This document shows, one piece after another, positions 25,901-39,057 of a stretch of 64,000 bases of DNA. A program made the position numbers and the translations under genes. The stretch is from Pecten maximus (Eukaryota), in contig NC_047023.1 of the NCBI RefSeq assembly GCF_902652985.1, forward strand, positions 27,094,001 to 27,158,000. The letters run 5' to 3'. The notes below the pieces were generated by a model that was not told where the DNA came from, did no database searches, and was given only the letters and a program-made list of their open reading frames with translations. Position 1 is the stretch's first letter. Each line of letters starts with the position of its first letter.

Positions 25901-27644
25901 TGGGAGCACTCGTCAGCGGTCAATCTGGGACATTCTTTCAATTGTTAACGCACCAGGATATCAGTATTGAATATTATTCTATTAAATGTAAAATTTCGGG
26001 ATGATATTTGTCGACGTAAATGAAAACTCGCACCAAATCAATTGATGTGCGCTCTGTCGGCACAAAGAGCTGTCTTGACTAGCAAAAGTCGCATAAAAGG
26101 ACCAATTCGACTGCCAACTTGCAGAATCAATTTAGAAATATAGCTCTGTCGACATTCGGCTAAGATCATTCTGGACTTCTATTGTCAAAAGGTCTGAGTG
26201 TATCGATTCCGCAAAAGAGCACGGTTATGACAACATGGTCATTGTTACCGACCATGAAGAAGAACACAGTATGCCCAAGCAGTTTGCAGTTTATCTGTAC
26301 TGTATGTATAATAAAACGCATATATTTACTAACGTAAACATACTAGGATAAATGGATATTTGGTTTTTGTTTTACGTCTATTGAAAATTCTCCACGTGGT
26401 CATATATCACGGAAAATACTATCCCCTTGAAACCAACCCTAGTCATAATATAATGATATACCCATGCATATATACTAGAGAAGTTGGTAATTCGATTTAC
26501 ATATCCGCTGTGGAAACTTGCAAGAGGACACGAGGCTCCATTATTACACATGCCAAACGTTTCCCTACACGGATGTAACCAAGTACCTTTGAATTTTTTG
26601 TGTATATATTGGGCATAAAATGCTGAAACGGAATATTTCTTCCATTCAAAATGATTCCCAGACCTACGCACATTAGGAATCGAATTTGCATTTATAAAAG
26701 TGTTGAATTGATCTACATGGTTTAGACACAAACTTGCCGAATTGGTCCATGCATGAAAATTTGATGGCAATGTAAAAACACTTACCTGACGAATATGACA
26801 CACCATAAAAAGTGAAATGATTCATAAATTATTCACTACTGACGCATATGGGAATCGGCATACGGAGGTACGAAAGTTAAAAGAAATAACAACAGGAACG
26901 TGCAAATGTCGCAGGAAATATAACACCATCCACTCCTAATTAGTTCCCTTGTGTTTCAATTTAAATGCAAGATAGAAGTGGCATTTAGCTAACCTGTTTT
27001 GGCTCTCACCTTTTTACGTTTAATTGAAGAGAATTTTTTTTTTTTTTCATTATTTTATATTATTAACGCCCAAATAAGCTCAGTTTTACAGTTAACATTG
27101 CGGAGGACGAATCTCGTTTACATATCTTTCGCTTATACCGAAACCTGTCTGCAATGATCGATTTATTTGATTACAAGGTTTTTAAATAGTGGTCATCGTT
27201 CAATATGGATGATTACTAGAGTTTAATGAATTGTCGATGAGTTTCTGAAATTGATGTCTCATTTTAAGAACGTGATATCATTGATATTTATTTCAACGCA
27301 TGTAAAGGTTAATACTAATAATAGTATGTAATATTCATCATCAAACAATGAAAGAGAAAATAGCAAACTATGGATGATGATATAACCACAATGATGATTT
27401 TTCGGACTATTTAAACAAGAGGTATCAAAGGTAATATTGTTTAAAGCAGAAATTATACAGTACATATATTACATAACACTATTTTGGTCTGGTAATGTTT
27501 TGATAGTATCACCGTGTAATAGAAAGGTCTAAATTCAGAAAGATGTAAACACTAAACACTGCAGTACCAGGAATGTGATACACGTCTAGTCCCATAATTT
27601 TAAACCAAAAGATTGGTCGGACTTCAAAGGTACATGGAAGGAAT

Positions 27645-27911
27645 TTGGTTTGGTTTGGTTAAGTATAGTTTAACGTCATATCCTCAGTTAAAGACATTTC
27701 AGAACGGCATCATCTGTGTCCGAGATGCATGATTGTGGTGAACGTATGTTTGTTGTCGGAGGCTACGGTATGTTCGCATTTGTCTCCTTGTAATAGCGCG
27801 GAAATATTCTGGCTCACTGAAGCATGCTGTCGACGACACCCAGCAAGACACCCACCAGGTCAACGGGCGACCCAGTCGTCCCCACCCCTAAACTGCTGAG
27901 CGTTCAGCAGG
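27645..27911 (-). mobile_element. Meta-type SINE copy (core and 3' tail)
   Basis: Reverse complement has CTGGGTGTCGTCGACAGCATGCTTCAGTGAG core and ...GACGTTAAAC...(AACCA)n tail; homologous to 31293-31542. Confidence 0.7.
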
Positions 27912-29961
27912 ATAAAAAACTTTCTTTTTTACATATATGTATATATAGATTCTGATATATCTCGACCAGAGATTAGAGGGGAGAACACTCAACTGAATTC
28001 CTATTTTAAACCTTTGGACAAAGTAATGCATATTTATATGAATAAATATGTGTGTATATCCATTTCTACCAGTTAGCAAGTACGTATACTTCAATATGAA
28101 ATATGCTTCTACGGAGAGTGGTGACATGCAACCAAGATGGTGCAAATGAATATATCGTGTTGAAACCAATAAACAATTTTCTGAGTGTTGGACTCAAGTC
28201 GGCTTTGTCTGTTAGTCCAGTCACAAGAGGATTCGTTTCCAAATATTTTGAAATAGTCATAAATTGGATCGCATTTGTACGGAAATTTTCTACTGTAATA
28301 AATGGCTTCAGGTTTGGACTTGGACAAGCGACGTGTTGTCGCGTAGGAAGTAATCTTCTAAAATGGAAATATGCCGTATAGGATTTCCGCACAACGTCTT
28401 CAAGTTCAAAATCTCGTATAACACGGAATACTAGCCTGGATGGCCGCTTCTGGTGGAATTTACGAGGCAAGGGTCACGGTACACAAAGTCGGTGCGATAG
28501 GGATATTTAGCAAAGCATGCATCCCCTTCTAAGTCCTTAGGTGACACAAATTGGTATATGATCGTGACGTTCTTATAACAAGTTAACGCCAACTCGATAG
28601 AACTATTAGTTAATCATAAACTCATTGTCAATAAGGGCTGGCAGTGGGTTTCCTGCACTTGTTTGTTATAAAACAATTAATGTATTCCTGTTTAATTTAT
28701 CAAGATTTGTATTTCGTGGTTTACGTGTTGAGAGCTAGTATATTGGATAAAGTTCGGCGAGCATCGCTTTACGGACAATACAATCCAAGTTGTAAATATG
28801 AGCTGGGTATTTAGCTTGTAATATTTATAATGACAACGGATAATGCCCAATTCAAACCCAAGCGAATTTACAGTACATCTATTGAAATGTATGTACATGT
28901 AACTGGTATATGTTTAAAGTCCTTTCTCTATTGAAGCAATATCATGCCATGTTGATGTTAGGAAAATTTAAGGGAAATTTCACACAAGTTTGGATTTCAT
29001 ATGATTTTGTTTTATAAACATTTGCCTTGTAGAAATTGTATGAAGATGTAGCTGGATCGGTTTATAAATGTTCGTGCGACCCCGTCTATGTCACAACATG
29101 TATGCGTTTTATTAGTCTGACAATGTGAAATAGCTGTGTACATTTTCAAATCGGCAATAACTCAAATGAAAGAGCCAATGCAATCGCGATCACATCACCA
29201 CAGTGTACACACTGGTAAATTTACCCAATGTTTTGCCTAAAATCTAGGATCTGGTGATCCCTCAGTTCCGGATACACCAAAACGCTAAATGTATGTAGTA
29301 TAATTTTATATTGGCCAGTAGGTACCTGATTTGCTTGTCCAAACTGACCACAGGAAAGATTTGTGTATGTTTACAATAGGATAAGTCGTTAGAAAGAGTT
29401 TTAACCTGAATTTCCACAAAAAGGAATCTTTCACTAAGGTTTTGAATATTAAATCAATCAAAATCTTGTGCGTAAGATATTAAACAATTCAATTAAAGCA
29501 TGCAAACATTATCGTTGTCAAAAACATGCATAAATATTTTATATGAAAAGGTCATACAATGTACATGTATATCATCAGTTGTAAGTCTAGTGGTTAATAT
29601 ACTAGACTATACATATATTCCTGACATATTACTTCATCGTTCGTTATGATATTTTAGCGTGGATATCTGATTACTTGATCTATACAGCGTTACAACAATA
29701 ACAAATGAACAATGTGTACACCCAACAGCCAGTCAAGATCCCCTCCATCCTCACGACTAATGGAATAACTGGTATATATTTTCAGTGCGCTTATCGTAGT
29801 GGAGCATAAAATTGAGAAAGCTTGCAGCGAAAGTTCCTTTGATTTTTCTTCTTTTTTTTAAAGTCACACAATACACGCATGCTACCGGTTTACTGTTTAA
29901 TGAATCCATGTTGTTTTCATAATATGTAAGCGACCACTTGAATATATAGTGTCTTGTTCCG

Positions 29962-30325
29962 CTAATTCAGATTCAATATTCAAGATTCATTTATTTCTCA
30001 TTCAACCTAATGGTACAGAGATGATACATTAACATTATATAATATACATATATTTTTGTGTTCAGAACAGAAAATATTGTTGTTGTTTTTTTAAATTATT
30101 TACAGAGGAGAACATATTTTGTCATTAAAACATTTGATAAACTACATTAATTTCTGTGTTTTCTTATACTTGAACAGTTCAAAACAGTAGAACATTTCAA
30201 AATATTTACTCTTTCACAGTCGTATTTATGAAGTAAATGTCTTCTTTGTATATTAAATTCTGGACATTTTAAAATAGAATTAACTTCATCACTAGTTTTA
30301 TTACATCTACATAATGTACATCCAA
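29962..30325 (-). mobile_element. 3' end of a decayed LINE (C-terminal zinc-finger region plus tail)
   Basis: Minus strand reads CTLCRCNKTSDEVNSILKCPEFNIQRRHLLHKY..RVNILK, resembling the C-x2-C...DEFH..L.C motif, then AATAAA and a (TGAAT)n-like tail. Confidence 0.55.
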
Positions 30326-31292
30326 TTACAATAATTCACGTAATACTTGATATGATTATAATCAACTGAGCATTTGATGGAAGGAGGTCCCTAAAAACGT
30401 CTGTGATTGCCGACTGTCACATTGACATTGTTCTGTCGTGGCGGTCGTAGGCATTCCATACATGTGTGAGTTCTTTATCAGACGTCCGTCAACCATACTT
30501 AGTGTTCACGAGAGAGCAATACCAGTAATGTGTGTACCGTGAAAATCCCCATTAACCTTTACCAAGATAAGATTATAAACCTGTCCTTAATTTTATCGCT
30601 GGTTCTTAGGTACACCAAGTTTATACTGAAACACTGAACATGTAGTTGAGTCTATACATCTTCTGTACCAAACACTTCTAATACCAGTATATCCGACTTC
30701 AAATATGGTTCTCTAGTAACAAGAATGGCAGGGTTATGATACAAGTTTGGTGAATCCATGATATATGGAATATTTAAATAATGTATTATCGTGGATCAAT
30801 ATGTTATATAAGCTATTTCAAGAAAGAGAGAGTGAGAGCTAGAAGGTGTTATTGTTGATCAGTACTTACAACGTCAGTGTCGATAGAATGGCTCACTCCA
30901 TTTTTTTCGACAAAATATTCGCCCATATTTAATAGAGGTAATTTGGCTAAGCGTTGCCTAAAGAAGAGACTAGATGGACTCCTTGAATTTACCTTAGTTT
31001 ATGCTTAAATTGTGCCACATATTTTTCACAATATTAATGCGAGCTTGGTGACCACCGGTACGATGCCTGGTAAAACAAATCACTTAAATCAAGCATGAAC
31101 ATAAAATCCTATATTCAATAGCAGATGTTTTAATGTATGACAATGTTATACCTGTATCATAGTTCATATAATGGTAGTTCGTGCGGAATATCATCCTGTT
31201 TTTCCCTGAAATCGAATATCCGATACCAAAACGAAACTTTTTGTTTTGTTTATTTATTACACGTTTTTGATCTCCGTCCTTTGTGTTATGCT

Positions 31293-31542
31293 AGGCCCGT
31301 TGTCATTACAAATGTATGATGTGACCAGATAGGTTGTCCTACTGGGTGTCTTCGTCGGTATGATTCAGTGAGGTAGCACTGAAGAGTCGGTGGCATCAGT
31401 TCCACGCCAAAGAGTCAAACACAAACGTACCTAAGCCTCAAAATTCACACACACACTCACCCAACGCATGCATCGCGTAGGTGATTAAATAACCATAGCT
31501 GTTGATAGGACGTTGATTATAACCTAACTTAAACAAACCAAA
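31293..31542 (+). mobile_element. Meta-type SINE copy (core and 3' tail)
   Basis: GCCCGTTGTCA...TGTGACC...CTGGGTGTCTTCGTCGGTATGATTCAGTGAGGTAGCACT core, then tail TAGCTGTTGATAGGACGTT...AAACAAACCAAA. Confidence 0.7.
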
Positions 31543-31710
31543 TCCCTTCTTTTTAAATGGTATTTCATTGAAGCTAAATATAATATGCTAATTTTGTAAT
31601 GTTGAATTGACTTTCGCTCTATTCTTTGCGTTGAATACATTATTCTACACTTTAAATTAATTGTTCATGTCATACTGAAGTAATATGCGGGCGTATGGCA
31701 CTATGAGTAT

Positions 31711-32722
31711 GGAATGAAGTGTAGTAAGGGGGCGATAACTCTGTTATCGTTCCTTACGGAACGTAATGTATACACGGCTACTTCGGCCTATTTTGCCGGA
31801 TATATGCGCGATTTGGGCGTCTTGAAAACGGCACCATACATTGTCATAAAACTTTCCACATTTGTAAAACTCGACGGGATCTAGGTGCTGACATGTCCGG
31901 TATATCTGGGGAAAATCTAGTTATGGAGATATTTTGGGTCAAACACGCCAAAATCGACACTTTGACTGCTGGTTTCTGTTTAACTTAGCCTGGAGATTTC
32001 AATCTTAAAGCTGACTAATTGAAACTCTGAATATAACAAGTAGAAATAATTCTGAAGAAAACAGTATCTTTATTTTTTCTATATCTTTCATAGAACCGCC
32101 ACAATAGGGTTTTGAAAAAGGGTCGTATTTTCACGAGGTCTCATAGAATGTTCTAGAATGTTCTAGAACAAATTCCAGAGGAGGGTCTATTCCGGATGTT
32201 ACGTCACGAGTGACGTCGCAAGTATGTGTGGAATGTAGTGTATTGAGGGACGGACCGTAATGTACATGCGTCTAATTCTGACTACTTTGCCGGAGCTTAC
32301 TGAACAACGGCTCATTACATTTTGATAAAATTTTCCACACTTGCAAAACGCGGTGTGATCTATGTCCTGGCATGTCCCGTATATCTGGAAAAGTTTTAGT
32401 CATACAGATATTTTGGGTACAAACACGCCAAAATCGACACTTTGACTGCTGGTTTCTGCACAACTCGGTCTTGAGAATTAACGCATAATGCCAACATACT
32501 TAAACTTCACACATCACAAGTACATATAATTCCAAAGAAAATGGTATCTTTAGTTTTTCTATATCTATCACAGAACGGCCACAATAGGGTTTTGAACATG
32601 GGTACTATGTACCGCGACCTCACATTCCGGAGAGTCTATTACGGACGTACGTCACGAGTGACGTTATCAAGTCTGTTCCGCTTGTCTTATTGAACTTGTA
32701 GCGCTCGGTGAGCTGCTTGTAT
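31711..32722 (+). mobile_element. Helentron/HINE-type non-autonomous element C with two internal ~490-bp tandem units
   Basis: 5' module GAATGAAGTGTAGTAAGGGGGCGATAACTC...TTATCGTTCCTTACGGAACGTAATG is shared with 34900. Duplicated internal blocks lie at 31790-32225 and 32283-32672, and a terminal hairpin AGCGCTCGGTGAGCTGCT at ~32700. Confidence 0.65.
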
Positions 32723-33730
32723 TTTCACTGTCACTGCCAGTATTTCTTAAAATGTTGCAATATCAGAGAAAACACGAAAGACACATTTCTCTACATTTTT
32801 TTTTAAAATTTTTTTTTACATATTTATCACAAACATCTCTATCCAAAAGACATAATTAATCGTGTTTCTACATATATGGTACATTAAGTTCTTTTTCCTG
32901 TCGTGTCCGTGATGCAACAGTTTCCGCTTAGGTCACACGGGTACGTATAATCGAAAGACAGTAAGCCAGACATTTTACACTGCACTGGGGAACCCCCGCC
33001 TGGGAAATTCCCGCCTTTTTACACCAGAATCCTACGTCATTCTATTTTCAGTAACAGTGTGTATTTGTGATCTTCTAAATCTCCACACACTACTCTTTAT
33101 CCTCGTATCATATATAAAGTACCCGTTTCATGTGTTACATGTATTTACTCGGGAAAACAGATACAAACCAAAGAAAGGCATTCTCCAAAGGGACTTGAAT
33201 CAGGTGAAACACAAGCCGATTGGCCGGTCGTGTTGCGCAAGTCGTTAACACACTTTTTGGTGTAGATTTGACCTTTACCCCTGACCCGGATGTATACAAT
33301 CGGTATTTGGTGACAGCTGTTGACAGATATCTCCTGATAATGTCAAATATGCGGTGTTGAAACTTTGATATTTTGTTTCTCAGTTGTTGGTCTTGACCAG
33401 GTGAAATAGAAAGTTGTAAATGCAATTTTGGGAATTTATTATGAATTTTAATATTACCATGAAACATATAGCGAAGCTAATTGTGAACTCGGTCCCAATA
33501 TATGATGTTATAACCAGAAGTGATTTTAAGGATTTTGTGTACACTTGTGGAATTCATATTTTTAGTATTAATACTCCACCGGTATTTTAAACTTACTAAT
33601 AGAAATACTTTATTAATTTTAATAATATAAAGAATGGCAGTATAAGCAACGTAATTCATTATTTTTTTATTATTATCGTGGTAATGAGATCTCAGGATTC
33701 CGATGGATAAATTGACGAAAGAATATTATA

Positions 33731-34877
33731 AAGAATGAAGTGTAGTAACGGAACGTATTAATTTTCGAAGTTTTTTGTGATTGTCCGATTGCAATGAAAT
33801 TTAAATTTGGTATATAGGTACATCATGGGACACTGGCTACTCTTGTAACCTCAATTTATTATTTTATTAACAATTCACCGAAAAGATCGCCATTTCCTAG
33901 CCTCTGATTGGTTCGAATTTACGTATTGTTTGATTTCAATGAAATATGTTAATAAAGTTTTTAACGTCATATAAAAAGGAAGGGTCATTTACATTCGGAT
34001 CATCCTCGAGTTGGCTATACCTTTCCTCGGACGCTAATGTTAGTAGCCCAGTAATCTACCCAGATCCTGGAGAATGCGGTTTCGCGTAATAATGACGGAG
34101 CAAAATAACTGGCAATTGAGTTCGCGCATGATTTAGGTAAAACATTTCTTTTAATCATTTTAAATAAAGTTACTGGTTCTAAAGTTCAAATTGGACATTC
34201 CACATGTTTAAAATTTGTTTATTGAAATATCTTTCATTATTTTAAGTTGTTGTACTGAGTACATTATAAGCAAACATGGCAGCGCCCATAGACTTTTCAA
34301 CGTGTTTTAACATCGCTTTATCTAAATTTGATAATGCAATTAGTTTAAAGACGAAACACAAAAAAACTTCATGTATTTAATGGAATTAGTTTGATGGTGA
34401 CACAACAAAAACAGCAAGAATTCAGCGTGTTTTCCTGAAACACAACCTTTTGTGGCGTGGCCGCCATTTTCATTACCAAATGAATTGTCACGTGACAAAA
34501 CGTTTCTTCAAATAACCATTCACGTCCGAGGTGTATTTTGAAAGAAAAAAAACGAGGGGTTCCGAACGGGTCATTTAAGGACGTGCCTGGTTTTGTTGAT
34601 GGAGGAAAGCTGGAGTACCCAGAGAAAAATCACCGACCTAGTCATAAAAAGGCATCTGCCCTATATGTGTTTCGAACTCGCAACCCAGAGATGAAGGGCT
34701 AGTGATAAAATGTCTGGGCCCCTTAGCCAATCGGCTACGGCGGCCCACAACACAAGGTCTTCTTATTGGTCGAAATTTTGATAGTGAGCGGTTTTGATGA
34801 AAACTGCTGAAACAGAGTTATCGCCCCTCACTGCACTTCATTTCATCTGTGACATCCTTCAGGTGTCACCCTCTAGT
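33731..34877 (+). mobile_element. Helentron/HINE-type element A (contains an inserted V-SINE)
   Basis: 5' AAGAATGAAGTGTAGT; 3' inverted sub-terminal repeat GAGTTATCGCCCCTCACTGCACTTCATT, hairpin GTGACA-TCCTTCAGG-TGTCAC and CTAGT terminus. Confidence 0.75.
34569..34746 (-). mobile_element. V-SINE copy
   Basis: Reverse complement matches 37951-38130: tRNA head with GTTCGAAAC, V core GGTACTCCAGCTTTCCTCCA, and GCACGTCCTTAAATGACC. Confidence 0.8.
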
Positions 34878-34899
34878 AGGAGGATTGCACAGCTTAAAT

Positions 34900-37800
34900 A
34901 AAGAATGAAGTGTAGTGAGGGGCGATAACTCATTAGAGTTATCGTTCCTTACGGAACGTAATGATAATACGAGCTAATTCGTCTATTTTGCCGGATATAA
35001 TAGCGATTTGAGGACAGAAAAATTGGTAAATACAATTCGGTTGATACTTTGAGCCATTGTAAAACTCGACTCTATCTAGGTCTGGGTGTATCTGGTATCC
35101 CCGTGGAAAATCGTTTTTGTGAGATATTTTGGGTCAAACATGCCAAAATCGACATTTTGACCAAGAGGTTCTGTTTAAATCGCCCTCAAAATTCAGAAAA
35201 AAATCCATATATATACACAATGCACATACAAAGAGATAAATGTTTCCTGAAGAAAAGTGTCTGTTGAGTTTTTCGATATCTTCAGCAGAACGATTACAAG
35301 ATTGTTTTGAAAATGGCCTATTTTTTCGACCTTCTCAGTATTTTTCCACTCGACTGGGGTATTTACCTATAAATAGGCTGCCAGTTTTGATGACGCCAGA
35401 CCGGCGTTTCCTTTCCGTTTAGCACGGTTGGAACAGATAGACCGGGTCGCCATACACAGTTATAAGCATTAAAATCATTACGACTCAACTGGTTTTATAT
35501 TTGTTTTACGCGAATCATCTTGATGATGTCTTTTAAAGCCTGCATTAACATCAACTGGTCCGTTAAAATTGACGTATGAAGTTTATATGTAATAGAAATT
35601 ATTAGCACACTTGGAATGGTCGGCTTGACCGCATATATAAAGGACGACTATAGAAATAAAGCCATCCTGAACTCATCGGGTATTATCTCTGAAATGATTC
35701 CCCGAGGAGGTCCGGATGGAACAACACCGGGGACTTCACGCCGCTTACTCGTTCAACTCCAGGCTTTAGCTGCAGTCTAAGTGAGTTGTATTACATTTTC
35801 CCGTCAGGACCAGGACTTTTTATTATTTTATCATATTAAATGTGATATTTGAGGTTATAGTTGTTCTACTATGACCATATTTGTTGCTTTCCAGGATCAG
35901 TATTCATCGTCAATCTAGACCAGCGTTCGATAACAAATCTAAACTCGTACTTAGTCGTAGCCGTAGTCGTAGGCTTCCGTTCCAGTACTGGCAGCAGGCC
36001 TAGTGTAAAAGCTACGTGTTCATTAACGTTTTAGAGACAGGCGACGTTTAAATATGTAATATTTAATTTCTTTATTGTTTGATTGTTTAATGAAATTACT
36101 GTGTCGTTAGTTGATGCTTTGATGTCTTGATCAGCTGATGTTTGTTTATGTTGAGGAGCCACGACGTTTCGAGAATCATATCTCATACATATTAGCTTAC
36201 AATGACACGAGCTTTCAAGGAACTACTATACATATACTTCAGTACACCCTAACAGTATACTGAACAATTCGTTTTCAGTAATAGATTTTTTTTCAATTTC
36301 TTAATGAAATATCTATATTCTAATGTTTTAAATTTTGAAGTCTCTGACCTGCACTTTATTGAGATGGTTCTTAGAACAGTGTCAAATTATGACATCTTTT
36401 GCATTAATATAAAATGAAATAAATTTCCAAATATATTTAAACCCTTCACTTTTATGCACCAAAGAAAACAACATGCAAAAAAACTGTTCTGACAATTTGA
36501 AGCTAAAATATTGTCAATTATTATGTCACATTAAGTAAAATTCAGTTGTTTTTGGTGTATAGAAAGATGTCATGCATTTTTTTATCTTTTGAAATTAAGT
36601 TAATTTCAACTTATTACAAAAAAAGCATAAGATGGGAAATTATTTAACAAAATCAAAGAGTTACCAGGTTTTAGCTGTAACAATTTTACAAAGTACATGT
36701 AGTTGACTTTGAAATTTCATGAATTAGTAAATTTTCAAGTATCTATAAGTTGCTTTATCATCACTTCCATAATTGACATATTCAACATATTTCAACCCTT
36801 TGCTTACATGTGCCAAAGAAACCATGTGCGAGAAACCTGTTCACACAAAATGTTACTAAAATTATGTCAACTATTATATCACATTATATATAGTTAATTA
36901 ACTAATTTAAGGTGTGAAACCATGTTGTATTTTTGTTTTATCTTTTTAATTTTTAATCAGTTATTAAAGAAATACCAATATTTTGTTATCACTATTTTGT
37001 AAGATAGTTTTTCTTCAAAATGTCATCTGCCCACAGGTAGCAATTGGTAAATTTTGAAATATCTTTGCTTTAATACCATACCAACATATTTCAACCTTTC
37101 ACTTACATATACCAAAGAAAGCAATGTGCAAGAAACCAATTCTGACCAATTTATACTAAAGTTTTTTGAACTATCATGTATTTATTGTGTCGCACATAAT
37201 TAAATTCAATGTTGGGGAACCATATTATGCATGTAGTTGGGGTTTTTTTTATCTTTTGAATTTAAAGTTTACTTATAAATCTAAAGGTATATTATAGAAA
37301 ATTATTCGATATATTCAAACAATGACCATGATTTTATGATAACAATTCTACAAAATAGTCTTCTTCATAATGTCATCTGCACACAGGTAAAATACAGTAA
37401 CACAGGGACTAGTGTACATGTAAATAGTGTATATGTTTCTTTTTTAGGCCAACACCACTATACATGTATGCAAATATTTACATTAGGAAGCTTAAGGGTG
37501 TTCTAAATTGTTGGCCAAAGTTTATTTCCCTCTATTTTGTACTGAAGAAACAAATTCAGAATTTTGAAACTTTACATGTAATCTGGTTTTAATTTCACAT
37601 TGTAGAACTATTCTCTTGATATCAAACTATTTTGATATTGGGATAACACCATTTTCTTTAATTTTCACATCTTTTACAATTGCAACTGTGACAAATAAGA
37701 ATTAATAAGTTTTAAACAGTTACTGTAAACGAGGCCTTAGACCGCAAGTAATTTCCCTCTGTTCTACTTTAAAAAAAACTTCATTAAAATGTTTTTGAGA

Positions 37801-39057
37801 CTTTACATAAAATATGGTTTTCATTTCATCTTGTATAACTATTCTCTCAATTTCAAGGCATTATAGATATTAAGAAACAAATTTTCCATAATTTTCCATT
37901 CTTTTGTATTATTGCCACTGTAAAAAAGTTTATTAATTACTTATTATTTAGGGGCCGAGTTGGCCGAGTGGTTAAGGTGTCGCGACACTTTATCACTAAC
38001 CCTACACCTCTGGGTTGCTAGTTCGAAAGGGGAAGTTATAATTAACTGATACTGACTGTAGGCTGGTAGTGTTTCTCCCGGTACTCCCGCTTTCCTCCAC
38101 CTCTAAACCTGGGACGTCCTTAAATGACCTTGGCTGTTAATAGGACGTTAAACCAAATACACCAAGTTTGTTAATATTATATTTATAGAAAAAGTATAGA
38201 AAAGTTTGAACAGTTATCCTGCAGAAGAAAAGGGAAGCTGACAATCAGGCCGGTATGGGCTGTTGTGGTTGTGTCTTTGGGCAAGACCCCTTTACCCTTA
38301 TTGATCTGGATGATTTTTACCTCAAATGATGCATGACATTTTTAAAACTTAGAATACTGCATGTGCATTTGTTCCTGAGCTGAACTTAGTTTGGTTTGTC
38401 TGCTGGTTTAATCACCACACATATGGTTCAGTCATGCAAGATCATTTTGAGACTTGGTCTCCTTGTAGTAGTTGATGACTACCTCATTGAACAACACACT
38501 AGAACCCTGACAACAGACAAAAGGCCCTGAACTTATGCTTGGATAGATGCCAATATTGATGTCTCATAATCAATTGAAGTGTCATATTCTAGAAAACTGT
38601 AGAATTTTGAGAACAGTTATTTTATAGGCGGTACCAGTAATATATTACTGTATCGGAGGTATATATTTGTATAAGAGGTGACTACCTCATTGAACAACAC
38701 ACCAGAGTCCCTGAACTTATGCTTGGATAGATGCGAATTGATGTCTCATAATCAATTAAAGTGTGATATTCCAAAAAACTGTAGAATGTGTGAGAATTAT
38801 TGCACTGGTAACCCCCATAACTTTCAATTTCCTCAGGCCAGTATGAATTTTTAAACTTAGATAAATGTCGCGTGTGTCAATTAAGTGCAAATGAGGAAAT
38901 TCAGTGGAAGTGAGGAAAATCGGTGCAAGTGAAGGTATTAATGCTAAAGGAAGGGGATTTATTTGTATTTATCTGTCTTTCATGCTCAAATAGAGTTATC
39001 GCCCCTCACTACACTTCATTCTTTCTGTGACACTCCTTTAGGTGTCACCCCACTAGT
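34900..39057 (+). mobile_element. 4.2-kb Helentron/HINE-type non-autonomous element B with cargo
   Basis: Perfect 32-bp asymmetric inverted repeats at 34900-34931 and 38993-39024, then hairpin GTGACAC-TCCTTTAG-GTGTCAC and CTAGT end (39053-39057). Internal duplications lie at ~36430/36784/37083, ~37560/37790 and ~38475/38680. Confidence 0.85.
37951..38165 (+). mobile_element. Near-complete V-SINE (tRNA head, V domain, LINE-type tail)
   Basis: A box TGGCCGAGTGG, B-box-like GTTCGAAA, core TTTCTCCCGGTACTCCCGCTTTCCTCCAC, tail CGTCCTTAAATGACCTTGGCTGTTAATAGGACGTTAAACCAAA. Confidence 0.85.

Noticed and set aside
25466-26806. WYC..C (PHD-like) peptide and a 142-aa ORF as a gene or LINE ORF1
   Set aside because: Only an isolated motif amid multiple stops; at best an unidentifiable relic.
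28066-28470. 134-aa minus-strand ORF (with an overlapping 92-aa plus ORF) as a host exon
   Set aside because: No recognisable domain, non-ATG start and weak splice signals. It cannot be excluded without BLASTX or RNA-seq.
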